IMG/VR virus record: IMGVR_UViG_3300035208_007487
Direction: 5' to 3' (one strand)
DNA: 64,000 bases
From: a virus
Taxonomy: Duplodnaviria; Caudoviricetes
Below, piece after piece: positions 57,985-64,000 of this stretch. The notes under the pieces were generated by a model. That model searched no databases, had not been told where the DNA came from, and saw nothing but the letters and a program-made list of their open reading frames with translations. The translations under genes were made by a program, and so were the position numbers. Numbering within the stretch: the stretch's first letter is position 1; each line of letters opens with the position of its first letter.

Positions 57985-58419
57985 ATGAATAAACTATTAG
58001 GTGTTAAATTTTTACTTTCAGATAACAATGGACCTTGTTTTACTAATTGTAAATATGATGTTAGTGGAGCCTGGAATAGCCTCACTAGTCGTAAGAAAGC
58101 CATTAGAGTTTGCGAATTTGGCTATCATGCTGCAATCTTAGATAGTATTGAATATTACTATAAAGATTGGTATAACAATGATGGCTCTTGCTATATTGTT
58201 GAATTAAGTGGCAAAATTGCTATAGAAACTGACAATACATATGATTCTAAAATTGCAGCAGAAAATATGCGCTTTATTCATAAGATAAAGCTTGGAGATG
58301 ATAATGAAACTAATATTCAGCATATAATAAAAATCGCTAAGAAGTTTAAAGTATTAGAATATGAAGATCTATTTGAGATTCCAGAAGTAAGAGGAATTAT
58401 GCGCTGGGACGCTAAGTAA
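57985..58419 (+). CDS. CxxGFH-family paralog
   Basis: CEFGYHAA...YIVELSG...KIAAENMRFI. Confidence 0.78.
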   Translation: MNKLLGVKFLLSDNNGPCFTNCKYDVSGAWNSLTSRKKAIRVCEFGYHAAILDSIEYYYKDWYNNDGSCYIVELSGKIAIETDNTYDSKIAAENMRFIHKIKLGDDNETNIQHIIKIAKKFKVLEYEDLFEIPEVRGIMRWDAK

Positions 58420-59029
58420 TGTAATGATTGCTAGTATTTTGTTGATTGAAAGCATTCTAGGAATAATTTTCTACATATTGTATTGTATATTCAAATGGGA
58501 ATATGCATATGATTTATGTGGAGGATTAAATGCTAGATTTTACTTAATACTGGTAGTGATTACGTTTGCTGCCAGTATTTCTTCTATTTTAATGAAAGGT
58601 AGCTAAATATATTTTGATTTTCTTAGGTATTTTTATACCATCACTTATGGATTTCATTGCTTGACTGGATTTTTAGGCGCAGCATTATTAATAACTGGAT
58701 TTTCTTGCTTAATATGCTATATTAATAATGCAATTGATGGCGATTATTTTAAATAGTATTGGCTTACTTTTATAATAGGTGTAGTATTATTGACAATATG
58801 CGCTTTAACTCCATTTGAAGATGGTGTTTTATATTTGATAGGTAAACATTAATGATTAGTGAAGATGAATTTAAAGATTCATATTTAAGTAAATTAACTT
58901 GGAATCAATTAGTTGAACAGGCTATTAATGTAATACTAGATTTTGAACATTCTGAATTAAGTCGCAAAAAATCTATTGAGTATTAGCTTAAACTAGCAAT
59001 ATTATGGAGTAAGTTTAATAAATAATGAT

Positions 59030-59428
59030 ATGATAATTGAATATGATTCAGCTTTATATGAAGCTGAAGAAAATAATCGAGATACTAGTAAAGGCAAATT
59101 ATTATCAGAAACGAATCCTGCATTAGGGTTCGTTAAAATGTTTAGAGCCAGAGATGCTAAATCTGATGAATTCAATACTAATGATTATGTAACACTATCC
59201 CCCAAATTTGCAGTAGAACATGCTGAGAATAATCATATCTATAATGATGAACCTCAAATTGTCATCAGAAAATTAGTTTCTACTAATCTATTAAGAGAAG
59301 CTAGTAATCCTGGTGAATATTTTTACATTGGGCCATCTATTAAAGGTGAATTAGTTTATCGTACATTAGGTGAAGACTTTGATGCAGAAAATATCCCAGA
59401 TTTAAGATATTCAAAAAAAGTCAAATAG
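59030..59428 (+). CDS. YE-tag protein, ART-like fold
   Basis: AATAAATA upstream; MIIEYDSALYE; VKMFRA...DYVTLSPKFA..H...GEYFY. Confidence 0.65.
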   Translation: MIIEYDSALYEAEENNRDTSKGKLLSETNPALGFVKMFRARDAKSDEFNTNDYVTLSPKFAVEHAENNHIYNDEPQIVIRKLVSTNLLREASNPGEYFYIGPSIKGELVYRTLGEDFDAENIPDLRYSKKVK

Positions 59429-59449
59429 GCAATTTGTTACAATTAATTT

Positions 59450-59776
59450 ATGAAACACATTACACATTCTGATTTTCAAACTGAAGTTGTTGATTCCAAT
59501 GGGCCAGTTTTGGTCGATTTTTTTGCTCCCTGGTGCGGTCCTTGCAAAGCTCTTTCCCCTGTCTTGGAAAGCCTTGCTACAGCCTATGAAGGACGTTTGC
59601 AGGTGGTTAAGCTAGACATAGATGGAGAGGGAAACCAAGAGCTTGTAACCTCTTTGGGCATTCGCAATGTTCCTACCCTTAAATTTTTCAAGCAAGGAAA
59701 GTCCCATAATACCATAGTGGGATTTGCACCTAAAAATAAAATTGTAGAAGCAATTGAATCAATAATCAACCAATAA
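59450..59776 (+). CDS. trxA: thioredoxin
   Basis: VLVDFFAPWCGPCK, GIRNVPTL. Confidence 0.95.
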   Translation: MKHITHSDFQTEVVDSNGPVLVDFFAPWCGPCKALSPVLESLATAYEGRLQVVKLDIDGEGNQELVTSLGIRNVPTLKFFKQGKSHNTIVGFAPKNKIVEAIESIINQ

Positions 59777-59817
59777 GGATTATTTGAAAAACATTGCCAC
59801 TTGTATAGAAGGAGATA

Positions 59818-60390
59818 TTGATGCATCAAAAAATAGAAGTACTGGACTTGAAAAAAGCCCCTTGTTACGCTAGTTATGCTACAACTAGAGCAGATTTAAA
59901 TATTGATATTAACGGTAAATATTATATAAAAATTTGGTATAGTAAAGATTTTTATAAAACTTACATATATGATACTAGAGATTTGGCTAAGAAATGCGAT
60001 TGCGAATTCTCATCAATTATTAATTCTACTACTTTATTGAGTAATTATTTAAGATATACCTTTGGTGATTATCTTATTGGAGATTTATATGGCATTAATC
60101 CAGAAATATTTAAGGCAGATGATTTATCAATTGAACTCAACAAGTATTTTACAATATTGCAGAAAGAAAAGATTAATCAACTTATTGCAACTAGTAGAGA
60201 TGAATTAAATAAAGATTATTTAAAAGATGCTAATATTTTTAGAGGATATTATAAGGGAATCTTTAGAGATGCTATAAAATCCCAATTAGTATTAGGTGAT
60301 AATACTTTTGAACGCCTTCAATTATCAATTAATCAAGTAGTTGAAGATATTTGGAATGATTATCAATTTTCAATAACTAGAGGCGAATAA
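59818..60390 (+). CDS. hypothetical protein
   Basis: AAGGAG RBS. Confidence 0.65.
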   Translation: MMHQKIEVLDLKKAPCYASYATTRADLNIDINGKYYIKIWYSKDFYKTYIYDTRDLAKKCDCEFSSIINSTTLLSNYLRYTFGDYLIGDLYGINPEIFKADDLSIELNKYFTILQKEKINQLIATSRDELNKDYLKDANIFRGYYKGIFRDAIKSQLVLGDNTFERLQLSINQVVEDIWNDYQFSITRGE

Positions 60391-60487
60391 TGAAATCCAG
60401 TGAATTAGATTTTGAATCTTTAAATATAACACCAAGGATAATTAAAATAGACGGATTATAGTGTCTTTTTTTTCATAAATATTTAGT

Positions 60488-61219
60488 ATGAATATTTCAG
60501 ATAATATTGATATTACTAATGAAGATAGTCTAATTTACTTCAAAAAAGAAATAGAAAATGGAGTACGTGAAATATTTGATGCTATTATAACTGATCCACC
60601 TTACAATATATCAAGAGATAATAATTTTGATACAATGGGTAGAGCTGGTATTGATTTTGGTAATTGGGATAAAGGATTTGATATATTAAGTTGGATACCT
60701 GATGCAGTAAAATTATTAAAAAAGGGCGGAAATATTGTTATATTCAATGACTGGAAAAATTTAGGAGATATAGCTAAAGCTCTTGAAGAAAATGGTTGTA
60801 TTATTAAAGATATGATTAGATGGATAAAATCTAATCCTATGCCTAGAAATAGGGATAGACGATTTATAACTGATTATGAAGTGGCAATTTGGGCTGTTAA
60901 GGGCGGGGATAAATGGACTTTCAATCGTATTTCAGATAAGTATGAACGGCCTGAAATACAAGGAGGATTAACTACCTCAACTGAGAAGATATATGGCGCA
61001 CATCCAACTCAGAAGCCCATTTATGTAATGAAATGGCTAATTGAACGATTAAGTAATCCAGGTGATTTAATATTTGATCCATTTATGGGGGCTGGTAGTA
61101 CCGGAATTGCATGTATTGATCTTGATAGAAAATTTAGGGGAATTGAACTAGATGAAACATATTTTAATATAGCTAAAACTAGATTAAATTTTGAGTCACT
61201 AACAATAAAAAAGACTTGA
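60488..61219 (+). CDS. orphan N6A/N4C DNA methyltransferase (beta class)
   Basis: TDPPY precedes HPTQKP and DPFMGAGSTG; no adjacent restriction enzyme. Confidence 0.92.
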   Translation: MNISDNIDITNEDSLIYFKKEIENGVREIFDAIITDPPYNISRDNNFDTMGRAGIDFGNWDKGFDILSWIPDAVKLLKKGGNIVIFNDWKNLGDIAKALEENGCIIKDMIRWIKSNPMPRNRDRRFITDYEVAIWAVKGGDKWTFNRISDKYERPEIQGGLTTSTEKIYGAHPTQKPIYVMKWLIERLSNPGDLIFDPFMGAGSTGIACIDLDRKFRGIELDETYFNIAKTRLNFESLTIKKT

Positions 61220-61385
61220 CTAATAGCCAAGCCTTTATATAGAAATATCTACTTGATTACAAATACATTGAACTATTACGCCCATGTGTACGCGCAAATA
61301 ATTCATCTAAAAGTAATTGTGCATTACTAGGAGTCTTAATATAAACATATACATATTACAGATATGCAGTATGTATTTTTATTTA

Positions 61386-61418
61386 AAAAGCCCTCAGCCC
61401 TCATTACAAGGGCTTTTT
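61386..61418. terminator. bidirectional terminator between convergent blocks
   Basis: AAAAAGCCCT...AGGGCTTTTT. Confidence 0.65.
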
Positions 61419-61420
61419 AA

Positions 61421-61732
61421 TTACATCCAGCCTTTAGCTTTAAAATCAGATTCAATTGTTTCTAGAAATTCTAGGAATTTTCCAGTTGCATCTTTTTTGG
61501 TATGGCCTAAATCAAAATCTTGGCACCAATATTCAGCTTCACCATTGTCAATGACAATTTGGCTAAATCCCATATCATCACTTTGAAAAACAATTTTACT
61601 TAATTTATTTACAGCAGCTAATTCATCGCTAGTTAAAATATGCATTAAAATAGCCCCCTGATGAAAAATGAGTTTAACAAAGCAAATAGCATAATAACGA
61701 AGCAAATTGCATTTACTCCTATTAATAGCCAA
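61421..61732 (-). CDS. hypothetical protein
   Basis: ORF; start probably at MHILTS. Confidence 0.55.
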   Translation of the reverse strand: MAINRSKCNLLRYYAICFVKLIFHQGAILMHILTSDELAAVNKLSKIVFQSDDMGFSQIVIDNGEAEYWCQDFDLGHTKKDATGKFLEFLETIESDFKAKGWM

Positions 61733-61941
61733 TCTTTAACTCTCTTAATAGAATGATCTTTTTTCATTTGAGTAAGTTTTCCAACGATGAATCCACCATT
61801 GAATCCCATTATTAAAGCTACTATTGCTCTCAGCATGTTTTCCTTTTGCTTAATTAAGTATGTTTAGTGTGGTATTAGTATATTCTAATTAATTGCTAAA
61901 TGTATTTTTTTTAACAATACTCTATTAGCATCTCGAATACA

Positions 61942-62844
61942 TCATTCTGGACGATTAAATCCATAATATTCAATGTCTCTATTACTACCTCTATCTTCTT
62001 TACTTTCCATATAAAAAGGCGTACCGTTCCATGTGCGATCACTCCAAGGATTATTTAAGATCACTTCAATCTCAAGAATAGCTAATAAAATATTACCAGG
62101 CTCACATCTAGAATAAGCAAATGCACTAGCTTTATCCCATTTAGCGGCATACCCCCCTCTTCCCAATGATCCACATCTAGATGCCTTAATTCCATTTAAA
62201 GCAATCTCATGTGCATTACAATAAGATGTTCCATGAAATAATGTAATTAATTTACTTTGTTTAATGTCAGCTTTATCTAATTCTTTATAAAAGTTCTCAT
62301 AATTACCCGGAGTATTGAAAGTTAAATAATTATCTACCTGGGAAATTCCTAAATTCTCTATTTCATATTCAGAAAAATTAAAAACTTTAAATAGATTTTT
62401 CGCACCATTGAAAGCAGTCTGCAATTTATTAACGTAAGCTTGACATTCTAATTTAATTCCATCAATATAATAGCTATTATCTTTACTGTCTTCAAATCCT
62501 CTTAAATGCAATAACGCCTCTTTTGAAGAATTATACAAATGATAATCAAAATTATATATTTCAATTTTATAAAAACCTTCGTCCTCTCCTGGCAAATTAT
62601 TATGAAAGCAATAATCATTGCGATAATATTTTCCAGTATTTTTATCAAATAAGCCATGCGAAACCGATTTAGTGATTACACAATATTTGCTATTGTGTAT
62701 GGAGCAAGAATCTCGATGAATTTCATGCAAAGTAATAAGAGTGCTCTTAACAAGTTTTCCCGCAATACGGTTAGTTACTATGCGACTATTTATCTTATAT
62801 TTTGAGATATCTAATAATTTAAATTCCGAATTCAGCTTTTTCAT
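61942..62844 (-). CDS. PARP-like ADP-ribosyltransferase domain protein, apparently truncated by TGA
   Basis: LFHGTS...GIKASRCGSLGRGGY...AFA...LE; frame stays open past the TGA to 61885. Confidence 0.7.
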   Translation of the reverse strand: MKKLNSEFKLLDISKYKINSRIVTNRIAGKLVKSTLITLHEIHRDSCSIHNSKYCVITKSVSHGLFDKNTGKYYRNDYCFHNNLPGEDEGFYKIEIYNFDYHLYNSSKEALLHLRGFEDSKDNSYYIDGIKLECQAYVNKLQTAFNGAKNLFKVFNFSEYEIENLGISQVDNYLTFNTPGNYENFYKELDKADIKQSKLITLFHGTSYCNAHEIALNGIKASRCGSLGRGGYAAKWDKASAFAYSRCEPGNILLAILEIEVILNNPWSDRTWNGTPFYMESKEDRGSNRDIEYYGFNRPE

Positions 62845-62911
62845 AAGTATCTATAATATAATATAATCCATCACCGGCTGCAATGGATTATTACTCTGCG
62901 CACTTAGTTTT

Positions 62912-63415
62912 TTACTTGTCTGAAAGCCCCCATCCAGACAGCGAGATAGCAGTACCATTACCGCACGGCTCAATTTCTACGCTAAATCCTTCATTTTTAA
63001 ATGTATCAGCAATTAATAATAAATAAGCTTTATTAAATGAGGTACCGTAAGATTTAGTGTATTTAGTTATTTTATGAGCAATTATGTCTTTAGAAATAGT
63101 AGCCTTAATATCTTCAATTTCTTTTTCAAATTTAGCATCCGCAAGTGCTTTTACATATAATTCTTTAAGATCTGCTATAAATCTAATGGATTCATTAGGT
63201 TTAAGATAAATTAAATTAAGCCAACTATTACAGTGAGGACATCCTGTACTATTTTCATCAATTGTAGATTCTGTTTTACAGTTTTTACAATATATTTTAA
63301 ACGATTTATTGGTTATTTTTGAAAAACGTGCAGCGTGTCCACTCATCATGCATATACCATAAGGCTGAGTGTAATCTACTATTAAATGGTGACAGTCACA
63401 ATACGCCTTAGTCAT
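62912..63415 (-). CDS. Zn-ribbon hypothetical protein
   Basis: CKNC...CPHC; C-terminus resembles 63408-63686. Confidence 0.65.
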   Translation of the reverse strand: MTKAYCDCHHLIVDYTQPYGICMMSGHAARFSKITNKSFKIYCKNCKTESTIDENSTGCPHCNSWLNLIYLKPNESIRFIADLKELYVKALADAKFEKEIEDIKATISKDIIAHKITKYTKSYGTSFNKAYLLLIADTFKNEGFSVEIEPCGNGTAISLSGWGLSDK

Positions 63416-63686
63416 TAGCCCATCCTCCTATTATCACATAGTATTGAGTGTTATCGTAAATAGTAAATCCGTACTCTTCTATTTTAATAATAATGGCATC
63501 AATTATATTTCTAGGTTCATCATCTTCCCAATTTATTGTAAGATCTTTTAAGCCAAAAGCTACTGCCCGATCAACATCATTGAATATTTTTTTAAGTTTC
63601 CATTCTGCTCTACTATTAACTGGAGTTTCTTTTGCTTCAATATATTCAGCTTTTAACCGATTAATTAAATATGGTTGTTTTTTCAT
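63408..63686 (-). CDS. hypothetical protein
   Basis: operonic ORF ending in GW. Confidence 0.65.
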   Translation of the reverse strand: MKKQPYLINRLKAEYIEAKETPVNSRAEWKLKKIFNDVDRAVAFGLKDLTINWEDDEPRNIIDAIIIKIEEYGFTIYDNTQYYVIIGGWAND

Positions 63687-63771
63687 AGTTTTTATTGATT
63701 TACATACACTTTCTATTATCTTATTTAAATAATTATGTAAAAAACATTATTCTAATGAAAATAATTCTTTT

Positions 63772-64000
63772 TTATTCAGTCTCAACAAATTTGCCATTAA
63801 TCATTTCATAAAAGGTATTGGCTTTAATATGCTTTCCATCAATTTTACGTGTTTCATAATTTATAATTTTATTATCCGCCCATTCTACTAGCGTTAATAA
63901 ATCACCTAAAGCTCCTTTGGCTTTACTATTAGGACCAAATGCAACTGCTAATGATTGTTCTCCACTAACAATTGCTTGACTACTATCACCTACGGTGGAC
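63772..64000 (-). CDS. C-terminal part of a GxxS-A repeat phage protein (partial)
   Basis: ...GDSSQAIVSGEQSLAVAFGPNSKAKGALG...KIDGKHIKANTFYEMINGKFVE*. Confidence 0.7.
   Translation of the reverse strand, partial: STVGDSSQAIVSGEQSLAVAFGPNSKAKGALGDLLTLVEWADNKIINYETRKIDGKHIKANTFYEMINGKFVETE

Noticed and set aside
60488-61219. Restriction-modification system
   Set aside because: No adjacent endonuclease; orphan methyltransferases are common in large phages.
1-64000. Stop-codon reassignment
   Set aside because: Known genes are full length in code 11; TGA is used in many ATGA overlaps and TAG ends normal genes; only isolated internal stops were seen.

Overview
AT-rich segment of a large (jumbo-type) bacteriophage genome with T4-like traits: TATAAATA-type late promoters, denV, a gp23/gp24-like capsid fragment and many small ORFs. 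Positions 1-14.5 kb are an early or host-takeover region of minus-strand promoter-gene-terminator cassettes (TTGACA/TTGCCA-N16/17-TATATT) separated by a conserved ~95-bp repeat. This region holds a sigma factor, tRNA-Lys(UUU), tRNA-Leu(UAA) with a group I intron next to a free-standing LAGLIDADG gene, two non-canonical tRNA-like genes, a solitary type I-C-like CRISPR repeat in its own transcription unit (candidate RNA anti-CRISPR) and several ORF-less structured RNA cassettes. The rest is accessory genes: secreted proteins and lipoproteins, a RecD-like helicase, a DNA methyltransferase, thioredoxin, a nucleotidyltransferase, about 9 CxxG(F/Y)H paralogs, and ADP-ribosyltransferase-like proteins sharing an N-terminal MK..Y.G.LYE tag. 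An IS607-type family is also present: two tnpB genes without tnpA, and two 444-bp protein-free copies that keep a promoter, an extra structured RNA module and the omegaRNA. All calls come from reading motifs by eye; no database searches were run.
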